NCBI RefSeq assembly: GCF_006345805.1
Contig: NC_043001.1
Span: forward strand, 6,820,001 to 6,884,000
Direction: 5' to 3'
Origin: Octopus sinensis
Taxonomy: Eukaryota
Length of the DNA stretch: 64,000 nucleotides
Shown: piece by piece, positions 25,771-38,794 of the stretch
How the letters are laid out: each line of letters starts with the position of its first letter
How positions within the stretch are numbered: position 1 is the stretch's first letter
The notes under the pieces: model-generated
The model's database searches: none
Told to the model about the DNA's origin: nothing
What the model saw: only the letters and a program-made list of their open reading frames with translations
Program-made: the position numbers and the translations under genes

Positions 25771-25951
25771 TAGAGAATAACCTCAAACTGAAAATTGAAG
25801 TCTGCCCCGCGATATCTCCTCAATTATTCTCGATATGTAAAATAAAACAAAGCCTCATCATCATCATTCTCCTCCTCCTCATTATCATCACCATCATCAT
25901 TATCAACATCCTCCTCCCCATCATCATCATCATCATCAACATCCTCCTCCC

Positions 25952-26006
<55 letters not shown>

Positions 26007-26049
26007 GTCATCATCATCATCATCATCATTATATGATGAAAACTTGCAG

Positions 26050-26245
26050 ATCATTTCTACTGGGTATGATGGAAAGTGTCAGCTATCCACGACCAGAAGA
26101 CGAAGCGAAGAATACTTGCAGTTCCAAGCAATGCTGATGTTTCTAGGCGTCCTACCATTACATTTCTACCAATCTTTATCAGCCATATTGGTAGTCCAGT
26201 TCTAATACGTTCAAGTGCACCAATTAATATCATTACCACTGCAAG
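26050..26245 (-). mobile_element. R4/Dong-type LINE extreme 3' remnant
   Basis: VMILIGAL..IWLIKIG..LETSALLGTASILR, adjacent to the (ATC)n tract at 25850-26030. Confidence 0.6.
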
Positions 26246-26249
26246 GCAG

Positions 26250-26450
26250 TGATCTGGCAGAAAGGTTAGCTCTCCAGGCGAAATGCTTAGCAGTATTTCG
26301 TCTGCCGCTACGTTCTGAGTTCAAATTCCGCCGAGGTCAACTTTGCCATTCATTCTTTCGGAATCGATCCATTAAGTACCTTTTGACCACTGGGATCGAT
26401 GTTATCGAATGAGTGCCTCCCAGCAAAATTTCAGGCCGTGTGCCTATGTT
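26250..26450 (+). mobile_element. tRNA-derived SINE, family B
   Basis: CTGGCAGAA..GTTAG..GCGAAATGCTTAGC..GAGTTCAAATTCCGCCGAGGTCAACTTTGCC, homologous to many copies in the window. Confidence 0.85.
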
Positions 26451-26456
26451 TTTGTA

Positions 26457-26518
<62 letters not shown>

Positions 26519-28065
26519 CATTATTATTATTATTCAGTAGTTTTATTTTTATAGCGTGCTTTCACTTCACTACCGAGCGCAGCTCTCTGTGCCTTGGGTA
26601 TGTATTGTGATTTGTTGTGATGCTCTGATGGTTATTGTATGGAAAGTGTTCTGCGTAGGATATGTGCAGTGCCTAGTAGTGCAATTTTCTGTATGTTATA
26701 AGTGTTTGTAAGTCCTGGTGTTTTTGTTATGTATTTGTCTGAATATTTTTTTATCATGCCTAATGCACCTACTATGATAGGAATTGTTTCTGTTTTCAGA
26801 TTCCACATTCTAGTTACCTCTATTTCCAGGTCTTTGTATTTTGAGAGTTTCTCCATTTCTTTTAGAAACACGTTGTCATCAGCCGGTATTGATACATCAA
26901 TTAGAAGGCATTTTTTTCTTCATGATTTCTGACAACTATATCTGGTCTGTTGGCCTTAATTTCTCTATCTGTGTGTATCGGCATATCCCAGAGTATGGTT
27001 GCTTTCTCGTTTTCTGTGACTTTTTCTGGTGTGTGCATATACCATTTTTTTTCTGTTGTTATTCCATAATGTTGGCATAGCTTCCAATATATGTAGGTTT
27101 CAACTCTGTCATGTCTGTGAATATATTCCTTCTTAGCCAAGACTGGGCAGCTAGAGATAATATGATTTATTGTTTCTTGTCCATCTCCACATATTCTGCA
27201 GTTACTTGTAATATTTCTTTTCATTACATGTTTTTGGTAATTTCTGGTGGGGAGGCTTTGTTCTTGTGCTGCAATTAAAATCCCTCTGTTTCTGCTTTGA
27301 GTCCTGAGCTTCTCAACCATTGCTGGGATTTTTCTTTGTCTATTTCTTTTGCGTTTAGTTTAGTGCAGTATTTACCATGAAGGGGCTTTTCTTGCCATCG
27401 TTTTATCATGGTTCGTTGCTGTTCTATTTTTAGTTTGGATTTCATTTGTTTTATAGCATTTGTTGTTTCTTCATCTTCTTCTTCTTCTTCATGTTTATTA
27501 GGTGGTATGATTTCTTGTTTGTATTTATCAGCTTCCTTAAATACTGAGAACAGTTTTTTGTTTTGCTCGTGTTTTGCCGCTATCTGGATCAGTTTTCCTT
27601 CCTTCTGAAGTAGATATTTTTGCAGTCCTATGGTGGTTATTTTATAGTAGTTTTCCAGCTGTATAAGGCCTCTACCACCTTCTATACGTTGTATATATAG
27701 TCTTTCTATGTCAGATTTTGGGTGATGCATTCTAGATCCTGTCATTATTTTTCTTGTTTTCCTCTATATTTTGGTCAGTTCATTTCGTGTCCAGTTAAGG
27801 ATATTGTAGCTGTAACTTATAACTGGGACAGCTAAAGTGTTGATACCTATTATCTTGTTTTTAGCATTGAGCTCTGTGTTTAGTATTGATCTAACTCGTC
27901 TATAATATTCTTTTTTTATTTTCTCTTTCATTTGTGTGTGTTGTGTCTTATCTAGTTCATGGATTCCTAAGTATTTGTAAGTTTCACTTTGGTCTAATTC
28001 TTTTATTTCATTGGTTTTATCTAGTGTGATGTTGTTACTACTCTTACTATTTTCCCTCTTTTCAG
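26457..28065 (-). mobile_element. R4/Dong-type LINE, 5'-truncated, best-preserved copy, with (AAT)n tail
   Basis: YKYLGIHE, HHPKSDIERLY..EGGRGLI, zinc knuckle CRICGDGQETINHIISSC, RHD, ILWD..NRPDIV and KIALLGTAHILRR. Two frameshifts and one stop. Tail at 26457-26534. Confidence 0.93.
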
Positions 28066-28069
28066 TTAC

Positions 28070-28088
28070 TTTATTATTATTATTATTA

Positions 28089-28124
<36 letters not shown>

Positions 28125-28432
28125 TTATTATTATTATTTTATTAATATTATTATTAATTAGATTATTATTATTATTATTATATTATTTATTATTATTATT
28201 ATTTTATTATTATATGTTTGCTTTTGCTTTATATTTGGTACAATTTGGCGCTCCAAATCTCACTCAGATAACTTAAGAGACACCAGGTTGGAAGTTCACG
28301 TTGTTGTTATGCCTAGTGGTTGTTTTTTGTGTTGTATTAGTGGATGTCTAAAAAAAAAATGTTTGTTTTAAACCTTGAGATTACATAGAAAGTATTTTGC
28401 GTAGGATATGAGCAGTTTCCATCAGCACTATC
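28070..28432 (-). mobile_element. R4/Dong-type 3' end with (AAT)n tail
   Basis: VLMETAHILRKILSM*, then a 3' UTR and degenerate (ATT)n at 28070-28210. Confidence 0.65.
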
Positions 28433-28436
28433 TATC

Positions 28437-28477
<41 letters not shown>

Positions 28478-28481
28478 TATT

Positions 28482-29029
28482 GAGTGAGCGAGCAGAGCAT
28501 GCCATCAAAGTGACACTGGGGTAAAATATACGAAGCCCAGTATACCCATCATGACTACCCGTCTGATAAGGGTACACCAGGCACATGCATCACAACCATA
28601 TGTGCGCGACATGGTGATCTCATATCAAGATAAACAGCACATGACCTTGCAGTGGAGCCCAGTTAGAATTTTCTTCAGATCGAGTAACCCATCCCGCTCA
28701 AAAGGTCCCTGAATAAGGGTTGTTTAAGGACGTTGAACGAAACACCCATGTTTCCAGAGGTGAATTATTCAAACCCCAAAGAATCCTTCTCAACACATGG
28801 CTATGATGCTCCCCCATTACTTCTGCTCGTGATCAGAGATGCACATATCATCAGCCACTAAGGGACATGCTCAACTGGTTAAGGTCAAACAACTGACAAG
28901 CAAATCTGTGGTATTGAGCAGAATATTTACTGTAGCCCATCTTTTATACCAAGACAAAACAATGTACATGATAACACTTCCAATCAGTTAAGATCAGAAG
29001 CCATGCGAGCCACTGCCTGGTACTGCATC

Positions 29030-29030
<1 letters not shown>
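28482..29030. mobile_element. 549-bp non-coding insert flanked on both sides by (ATT)n
   Basis: Higher-GC block with no long ORF and sharp junctions into (ATT)n at 28437-28481 and 29031-29200. Confidence 0.55.
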
Positions 29031-29092
<62 letters not shown>

Positions 29093-29118
29093 CATTATTA
29101 TAATTATTATTATTATTA

Positions 29119-29156
<38 letters not shown>

Positions 29157-29214
29157 GTTATTATTATTATTATTAATATCGTTATCATTATCATCATGAT
29201 CATCATCATCTAGT

Positions 29215-30010
29215 GTAAAGTATTCACAGCGCAGTCATGTCTCTCATTTCTTATATTCTCTCTGGGCAAACGTGGGGTATTCAGAGACAATGTGTGCCAT
29301 TGCTTTATTGTACATGCTCTACATTTTGCTAACAACTTCTCCTCTGACATATTTTTTCTCGAATTGTTTGCAGTGCTTCAGGTTAAGCTGCTATAAGAAG
29401 AATATCTGTTTCTTCTTAGATTGTCCCTTATTCAACCAGAGTTTTGTTCCCCATACTTCCCCACCGACTTTCCAAAATTGATCATGGAAAATATTCTCTT
29501 CGGTGTTTTTAATATGTTCCCTTTCAATCTCATTCTTGTCCCTTTCTATTTTCCAGGCTTGATATTCTCTTCTTTGTCCGCAGCCTCAAGATTTTACTGA
29601 ACATTCCTGTTAATAATCTACTATGCTGCCCATTCCATCTGGTCACCTCCACACAATTTAAGGCCCTTTAACCCTGATACATCTTCAAATACAACCGGGT
29701 GATATCAGCTCTTCTTTGGTGGCTCAGCACTGAGTCAAGGGATTTCGAGATTTTCTATCAAGCTTCTGTGTTTCGTCGTTTCCCCAACCACAATTCCCAG
29801 ATCCACATATGGTAATCGGTACCGTAAAATATATAGCTTCAATAACTTTCATAGAATTCAACTTTGACTCTGATATTTTCCTCACTCTCCTTGTGTACTT
29901 TCTAATAAAGTTTATTTCGTGTTTTCCTGTTTTATTTTGTCCCCCTCCAGTATTCCCAACACCTTAATCCACTCTTGATTCTGCATTGCTTTTAAGGGTC
30001 GACTATTTAT
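29215..30010 (-). mobile_element. Decayed R4/Dong-type LINE fragment
   Basis: Frame-broken RKYTRRVRKISESKLNS, QKLDRKSR, LEAADKEEN, KCRAC and RHD. It stops at the (ATT/ATC)n tract. Confidence 0.7.
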
Positions 30011-30269
30011 CATTTCAGTTATGTAGGTTCCTGCAAGTCATCGCATTTCCATTATCAAAATCATGCATTTTGTCACACAAATTCTAATCCTACTTTATTT
30101 GAGAAAATGTGAAAACCAAGTAAAAGACTTTCTAACTGCTTCCAGTGTCCATATAAAGCTTTAAGATATCAATGAAAAGTAAATGGACAACATTTTGTCA
30201 AACCATAAACTATTTTTGACTTTCCGTATTATCAGACTGAGACCTATTATGGCCGGTACAAGAGTAACA

Positions 30270-31000
30270 ACGGTTTCAAATTTTGCCACAAGTACAGATA
30301 TTTTGGGAGAAGGGGATGAAACGATTACATTGAACCGAATGCGTGCCTGGTACTTATTTAAACGATCCGAAAATAATGAAAGGTAAAGTCGACCTCAGCG
30401 GAATTTCAATACAAGAGTACTACTATAGACACAAGGTCTGAAATTTCGGTGGGAGAAACAAGTCGTTTACATTGAGCCCAGTGTTTCACTGGAACTCAAT
30501 TTATCCACCCCGAAAAGATGAAAAGCAACGTCGACTACGGGAGAACATGAATTCGGGAAGTAGCGACGGGCGAAATGTTGCTAAACATTAAGCCCAGCAA
30601 GCTAACGATTCTGCCACCTCGACCCCTCCTCTTTCATGCTCTAGGCACAAGGCCCGAAATTTGGAGAGACGGTCCAGTCGATTAGATAGACCCCAGTACG
30701 CAACGTAATTTATCGACCCCAAAATGATGAAAAGCAAAGTCGACCTCGGTGGAATTTGAAATCAAGCGTAAACACAGACGAAATACCTATTTCTTTACTA
30801 CCCACAAGGGGCTAAACACAGAGGGGACAAACAAGGACAGACAAAGGGATTAACTCGATTACATCGACGTTAGTGCGTAACTGGTACCTAATTTTTCGAC
30901 CCCGAAAGGATGAAAGGCAAAGTCGACCTCGGCGGAATTTGAACTGAGAACGAAGCCGCAGAAGAAATACCGCTAAGAATTTCGCCCGGTGCGCTAACCT
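30270..31000 (-). mobile_element. Cluster of about four tandem or nested SINE family B copies
   Basis: The AAAGTCGACCTC/ATCGACCCCGAAAG module recurs near 30385, 30530, 30740 and 30920, all in the same orientation. Confidence 0.8.
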
Positions 31001-31719
31001 ATGACACCTCTCAAGTTTTTACTCTAAGCTTTTATGTGTCAGATATCTTGGCTGAATAAGTTTAGGTGGCCAACTAATCATAGGGGAGAAAATTATTTAT
31101 TTTTCAGTGACGTGAATTACAAATTAAATAGAAAAATATCGAATATTACTTACTATCATAAATTAAAAGCAAAGTCAGTGTCTGTTTGGCAATGAAAGCA
31201 GTTTATGAAGACGATGCTGTAAATAATCGCGTAGCATAGAATTGAGGGAGTACAATCATTTGGTGCTCTCTTAGAAGATATATCTAAATAAATTTTGATA
31301 TATCACATGATATTTCTCGTTAGCGATGTTCTTCTCTTTTTCTCAAATGGCATAACATTACCTGACATCCTATCTGCTAGACATCTCTCTTATTTTGCTG
31401 GTTGTTCACTACAGGATTATGATGTGGTATTCATCAGGCAATTAGTGGATTCAACGCACAGACAAAAGACAAGATGTCTTTCATAAAATGCGAGCGTGGA
31501 TTAAAATCTTGGCGTCGCTTCTGTTATCTATCTTAGATGAAAACAAAATGTATTTCAAATAGCGAAATTTAAATATGTGGTAAAAATCAGCTTGGTCCAC
31601 TATTAGGAACATTAGCGAAAATCAGATGATATGAAAGTAAGAATTTCAATACAACATACAAATAATTTCTATGCTGGACAACGATTTTAGCAACTGTTTT
31701 CTATAACTCACACAATAAC

Positions 31720-31786
<67 letters not shown>

Positions 31787-31809
31787 TACATACATACACA
31801 CATATGTAC

Positions 31810-31992
31810 TTGCATAGCAAGTGACTTGATCTGAGATCGTGTGCTGAAAGGAAAACAATTGCAGCGTGGAAGGTGTTTATAAGCCACTTAAAGCACACAC
31901 AAAACCGTGTGATTCCCTTCGGCATTTAAATTTAATGTCAAAATATTTTCTTCGCTTTGAATCCGCGAACTGTTCAGTGACAACGTTCCGTG
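31810..31992. mobile_element. Repeat family H (empty-site copy) with a hammerhead-like motif on the minus strand
   Basis: Homologous to 56190-56720. Minus 31936-31982 reads TGTCA-CTGAACA-G-TTCGC ggattcaaa GCGAA-GAA-AATATT-T-TGACA. Confidence 0.65.
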
Positions 31993-32007
31993 TGGTATAT
32001 ATATGTC

Positions 32008-32066
<59 letters not shown>

Positions 32067-33275
32067 TGTTTGTGTGTGTGTGTGTGTGTGTGTTGGGCTA
32101 CAATTTCTGATTCACTTACGAGTTATATTTCTTAATATGTTTCTTGATAAATATTAATATATTAATAAATATATCTAACAAGTGAGTCAAGAATTCTGGC
32201 CCACCCTGTATATATATACACACACGCTCTAGCAATTTGATAACAAAAACGGATAAAATAATAAAATATTTTAAAAGATTAACGTCGACCCTCTTGCCGA
32301 AAACCTTTAAAAGTATTGCCCCAGTATGGCTGTATCTGTTGACTGAAACAATTACTACATAAAGAATATTGCAACAACATGTATGAATTGAGCGTTGCTC
32401 TTCAATTCAGTGATGAGGACGATCTGCAGTTTCGTCTCTATTCGCTAAATTCTTCGTCAATCCTCTTTCGATAATGAACAATGCTACGTCAATGATCCTT
32501 GAAATTATGCCACGATTTCACTCAACAATAAGTTCTTTTGATCAGCGGCTGCCGATGCAGGCTTTCCTGCAGGCGGCAGAAAACTTACTTGGGGCCCCGG
32601 ATGAGGAAGACGAAGAATAATAAAATATACATTTTTGTAATTTGTAATTTTAATTCTTGAATTCTTTTATTATAATTTTGATTTATATTGATTTAATTTG
32701 AACAATGATTTCGAGGGGTTTTCGGTCGACAGGTGTCGGTGCCCCTCCCATTATTATTATTTTTTTTCCATCCTTGTCGTTTTCATACACATTAATGTCC
32801 CTGTCCAGCCCGCAGCTACCTTTATCTATGTACGACCTTCATGGTCAATTCGATGAAATAAAGTTCTTTTGATCAGCATGATGATGTGACGAGCTAGAAA
32901 TATTGTGAGAATATATTTAGAAGACCTCGGGATTTTCACTAATCTGAAGATTAGATAAAAGCAGGATACAATACAAGGGCAAATACAATGAGGTTAAGAA
33001 GATATTTTTACAAAACACTAAAAGAATATCGATCCAGATGAATAGACACTCACGTAGTTACAGGTTGATTTTATTTTTGAGCACATCCAATTAAGGAAAT
33101 TTCTGAAGGTCGAAACTATCTCATCAAGCTAGCATGATCGATCGCAAACCGGTCTGAAAAAAAGTTTAAGGTTTAAAGAGTAAATAAATGTTATGTATGT
33201 ATGTATGTATGTATGTATGTATGTATGTATGTATGTATGTATGTATGTATATATCTATCTATCTATCTATTTATC

Positions 33276-33311
<36 letters not shown>

Positions 33312-33376
33312 CATACATACATACATACAAACATATATTTACTCTTTAAACCATATAAATATATGTATATATATAT

Positions 33377-33409
<33 letters not shown>

Positions 33410-33420
33410 GCATATATATG

Positions 33421-34056
33421 TATTGTCCTAAGCCACTTTGACTATTGCTCTCAGCTATGGTCACCATACAGCGTCAAGTTGATCACAGAACTTGAGGCGA
33501 TCCAACGAAGCTACACAAAGAAGATAGCCTCTATGAAGAATGTAAGCTACTGGGAAAGACTCAAGAGATTAAAATTATATTCCCTGGAGCGTAGGCGGGA
33601 AAGATATGCCATAATATACATCTGGAAGATCCTGGAGGGAAGTGTCCTGAACTTTGGCATCGAGAGTTACGCAAATGCCAGAACTGGGCGCCACTGCGTG
33701 GTGCCTAGGACTCCAAACCTGCCATCAAGATGTAGGACAAGATTCTGTGATAGCCTGGGCTTCCGAGGCCCACAGCTCTTCAATATCCTCCCGAAGAACC
33801 TGAGAGACCTGCATGGGGTGGATACAGATGTCTTTAAAATGAAGCTGGATCTCTTCCTGTCAGGTGTCCAGATGAACCAACTTCACGGCAGGAGGGGCAG
33901 ATGAGGGCAGCAGCATCGAACTCTCTCATGCACCAAATAGCAGTTGCTAGAAAGCCTCCATGAAGTGAAACCAAGTAGCAACACCAAATGGCGGTGCCCC
34001 AGCATGGCCACAGCTCATAAGCTGAAACTAGAATCAATCAATCAATCAATCAATCA
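33421..34056 (+). mobile_element. CR1/L2-type LINE 3' fragment with (CAAT)n tail
   Basis: VLSHFDYCSQLWSP..ELEAIQRSYTK..YWERLKRLKLYSLERRRERY..IWKILEG..GPQLFNILP. The 3' UTR ends in a stem-loop followed by (CAAT)n. Confidence 0.9.
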
Positions 34057-34131
34057 TATATATATATGCATATAAATATATATATATATATATATTGATG
34101 CACCTTCACATTACACATACATACATATATG

Positions 34132-34221
<90 letters not shown>

Positions 34222-34252
34222 TGTATGTATGTGTAATGTGAAGGTGCATCAA

Positions 34253-34440
34253 GCTTAAGATTGTGAGGTTGTGCGTTCGATTTCAGGACCGGGCTGTGTG
34301 TCGTGCTCTTTAGGAAGGTACTTTATTTTACTCTACTGCACTTAGCTGTAAAAATGAGTTACGATGTCACTTGTACCGGAGGCTGCTACGCATGGGCGAC
34401 TGATGCTCTCCTCGAAAACGAACGCTCCACGGACATGCTT
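34253..34440 (+). mobile_element. SINE with head type G, decayed
   Basis: GTTCGATTTCAGGACCGGGC B-box region and CTTAGCTGTAAAAATGAGT, resembling the head of 59878-60128. Confidence 0.5.
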
Positions 34441-34506
34441 ATATTTATATACGTGTGTGTGTGTGTGTGCGTCTGTGTGTGTCTGTGTGCGAGCATGTGT
34501 GCGTAA

Positions 34507-34550
<44 letters not shown>

Positions 34551-34823
34551 CAGTGTAGATTTAAACACATGGAGGAATCCACTCGTGGGATTCAACACGT
34601 TTTATAACTAATGTATAGTCTTTGGACTAAATTTTTACACGTTAGGCCATTGGAAAGGAAAATTTTAATTAATTTCCATTTCTCTTTGATATGATTATGT
34701 ATTATATATATATATATATGCGTGTGTATAAGTATTTAGATGTGCATGATTATATTTGTTTGTATATGTAGGTATGTATCTATTAATCTGCACGTCTATC
34801 CATCAAATTATATGTATACATAG

Positions 34824-34867
<44 letters not shown>

Positions 34868-34873
34868 ATATAT

Positions 34874-34951
<78 letters not shown>

Positions 34952-35888
34952 ATATACACCCATATACCTAAATCTAGTATTACTCTTGTGCGTGTGCATG
35001 TTCAAACATCTGTTTTATTGAGTGCGTGTATGTGAGTCTTTGTGTGTGTCTGTGTGTGGGTGTGGGTGTATCTGTGTGTTCGCACGCGCTTACAAAGGCA
35101 AAAAGTGTTGATAGAAATATTACAGATTAAAGGGCTTATTAGGAACTGGAAGAAAACATATACTCTTAAGCTATAGAGTGTGTTGTAAGTTGTTATTAAA
35201 GACATTCTTCCTTGTGCTTGATGCTGCTTTTAGCTGTAAACATGTTTAAGCAGTATATTTTATAACAGAACCGAATATTATGTAAGTTAATATACCCAGG
35301 TGTAAGTCAATAAATTTAATTTGTCTGGAGGAAAAGTCATTATCTGAACAATCTAATGCTTTATGGAGAAAATAATCGATAGGTTTTGTAAATAAACAAT
35401 CCGATATCGAAACCGTTTACTTATTTCTCGTATCAGGAATTATATTTGCCAGCGACTGCGTTAAATCTAGCAGTTGGCAAAGCTAATCAAATTACTTGAC
35501 TTGCGATGATGGAAGGAGGCGAGGAAACAATAGCGACCGTAATAACAAGGGAAATAACTCTAGATTTGATTTTCTCGCATCACACGAACAAGAAACAATA
35601 AAACTCGGAAAATTAAAATTAAATTGTGTCGCTAATAATTGTAAAATCGATTTATGATTAAATATAAATATAATTTTAATATGCTCCGTGGTTTTATGAG
35701 AGAAACAGATTATAAATTGTAAAAAAGTGCTCGTGCATTTCTTCCTTTTAAAAAATGATTAATTGACAGTCATAATTTAATAAGAATTTATTCCTGTATC
35801 GCTAATTCTTCGTTTGTTTATCTCTCCATGTCTTCCACCTGCTCCTCCGTACACGCGTACATATATGCATACACACACACAAACACAC

Positions 35889-35973
<85 letters not shown>

Positions 35974-36363
35974 ACGTACATGCACTCCCACGTTCATATA
36001 TGCATATATATATATATATATATACAAACACGCACGTACATGTGCACGTACACATACGCACACACAGATATTCTTACATATGTGTGTGTGTGTGTGTGTG
36101 TACACGCACATATGTAGAGATACAGATAGACAGCGGCATGCATAAATATATATATATACATATTCATGTATGTTCATACATATACACACACACACGGGCA
36201 TGCGCACAAATATATCAATATATTTAATCTATCTATTTATCTATATATCTATCTATCTGTCTACATCTATATTATATATATACACGAATAAATATATATA
36301 CACACACACACTTATATATATATAGCACAAAACGTTCCATATATATATATATATAAGTATGTG

Positions 36364-36469
<106 letters not shown>

Positions 36470-36530
36470 GTATATATATATATGGAATACATTTCCTTAC
36501 CAAAATGTTATAGAAGTAAATATATATATA

Positions 36531-36567
<37 letters not shown>

Positions 36568-36579
36568 TTTCAATTCTAG

Positions 36580-37390
36580 GAGGAAATTTGTCAGCATATT
36601 GAGACTTAGGAATTGTGCGCCGTATGGAATGCATATTGGTATTTCTTCCGGTTTTTAAGTTTTGAGTTCAAAATCCACTGTAGTAGACTTACTCGTTCAC
36701 CTTCAGAGGTCGTTAACATAGGAACATTTGAGTACTGATTATAATTTAACCGATAGACTCCATCTTCTCATCACTACTGGTATTGTGCCAAAATTCGAAA
36801 CTGCAAATATTTCGGAAAAGGTGACGATTTGCTGAATAACGAGTATAATTCTTTTGAGGATTTGTTGCGCTTCTTTGCGCCCGAGTTTCACAACCCGCGA
36901 AAGTCACCTTCGCTTTCAATCCCTCCACCATCGATAAAGAATATTTTTGCAGCCAAATACTGATATCAATACGGTCAATGAATCCCTTATTCTCAAATCT
37001 GTGAGTTTGCTAAAATCACCGATCATGCTGAAGCATTAAAATGTCAGAGAAAATGCCTGGTGGTGTTTATTTTGTCATTTGACGTCCTGAATTCAAATTT
37101 GCTGGCGATCAAGTTATCTTTTAGGCCTCCAACGACAATAAAATATAGAACCAGTGGAAAACTAATATAAGTTATTGGGGGTGAGCTGCAAAATCTTTAG
37201 CACGCAACGTAAGATGTTCAGTGGCATTTCGTTTGTCTTTCCGATTTAATTTGAAATCGCACCGAGGCTGATTTTGCCGTTCATCTTTTCAGCGTCGATA
37301 AAATATATACCAGTAGTTCATTAGGGTCGATGTAATCAACTTACCCCAGGCCCTTCATTTGTTGGCTGTGACCCAAAATTTGTAAGTGAT
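36580..37390. mobile_element. Cluster of decayed SINE family B copies in both orientations
   Basis: Repeated GAGTTCAAA/TTTGAAATC..GAGG..ACTTTGCC/TCGATAAA modules. Confidence 0.6.
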
Positions 37391-37539
37391 ATGGGGTTAT
37401 TTTTCTCCCCTCAGAATACATGGACTTTTAACCTAAACGAAAGACATTCTTATATGGAAACTCAACACCCCTACCTAAACCTACTCAGAATGATTTTGTT
37501 TCAAATTACAATATTTTATTATTTCTCTATATACATTAT

Positions 37540-37825
37540 GCTGTGGACTCGCGGTCGGAAGATCACGGTTTCGATTCCCAGACCGGGCGTTTGTGTGTTT
37601 ATTGATCGAAAACACCTAAAGCTCCACGATGCTCTGGCAGGGTGTGGTGGCGACCCCTGTTGTACTCTTTCACTCCAACTTACTCTCACTCTTTCTTTCT
37701 GTTTCTTGAGTAACGCTGCGATGGACTGGCGTCCCGTCCAGCTTGGGGGAACACATACGCCACAGAAACCGGGAAACCGGGCCCATAAGCCTGGCTAGGC
37801 TTGAAAAAGGGTGCATAAAAAAAGA
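37540..37825 (+). mobile_element. SINE, head C plus tail D
   Basis: GGTTTCGATTCCCAGACCGGGCG head, then the GCGATGGACTGGCGTCCCGTCCAG..GAAACCGGGAAACCGGGCCC tail shared with 59878-60128. Confidence 0.8.
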
Positions 37826-38794
37826 AAAAGACAGTATGGTGGTTTGACTCCTTAGTGCAAAATGCTCAACACCATTTCTTCCCGCTTCGTATTTCGTGTT
37901 CACATTGCGCTGCGTCTACATTCTTCTTTATAGAATTGATAAAACAAACTATCCGTTTAGCACAGGGATCGAGAACAATGAAATTAAGTATTCCTTTCTT
38001 CCACCATTCCACTGCCAAAAGTAGTACCATCCTAACACCCATTTCTCCCTTTCAAGCAATTTGCTCATTTATTCCTTATATGTGTCAACATCATCACACA
38101 ATGTATTATTTTAATTTCTCCATTCGTTTCATTTAGTATTGATTATTAATTATGTAGCTGGCTGTCTTCTAAATTACAAAATATTTATCTCAGTCTGAAT
38201 GTAAAAGAAACACTGTTGTACATCTAATTATTCCTGGGAGATAATGTCATTATTGTAATACACGCACACAAACACACATACGCACGAACATATAAGGACC
38301 TTCATGTCTCAAACTATGCTCTGGTCTCTACCGAGTGTCCAAGGCAACGGATTTCACATTCTCTTCTGTAATATATAACCCAAATACTGAAAAGATTCCG
38401 ATTTTTTTCCTTTTAACAAAAATTCTGCAAACTCAATGATTCACATAAGCTACATCAATTTATATAAATATACAAATAGATCATAAAACTACTCCATCAT
38501 TTACAATTTCACTATTAACGAGATTGTCATTGTGCAAAGAAGTCTGAGTATCCAAACAGACGCGAAGTGGTTCGTGTGATTATACATACCTAACTGTTCA
38601 ATTGATCAATCAAAATGTTTATACACTACAGACGAATTATTTATTCACATCATACCGTGACACTGTATGATTCGTCGACGAACGGATATATGTGTACACA
38701 AATATGTGTGTGTATGCATATATGTGTGCGCGTCTGTGTATATATACAAATAAGTGCAGGCGTAACCCGATGATATCGTAGGCGTAATTGTGAG

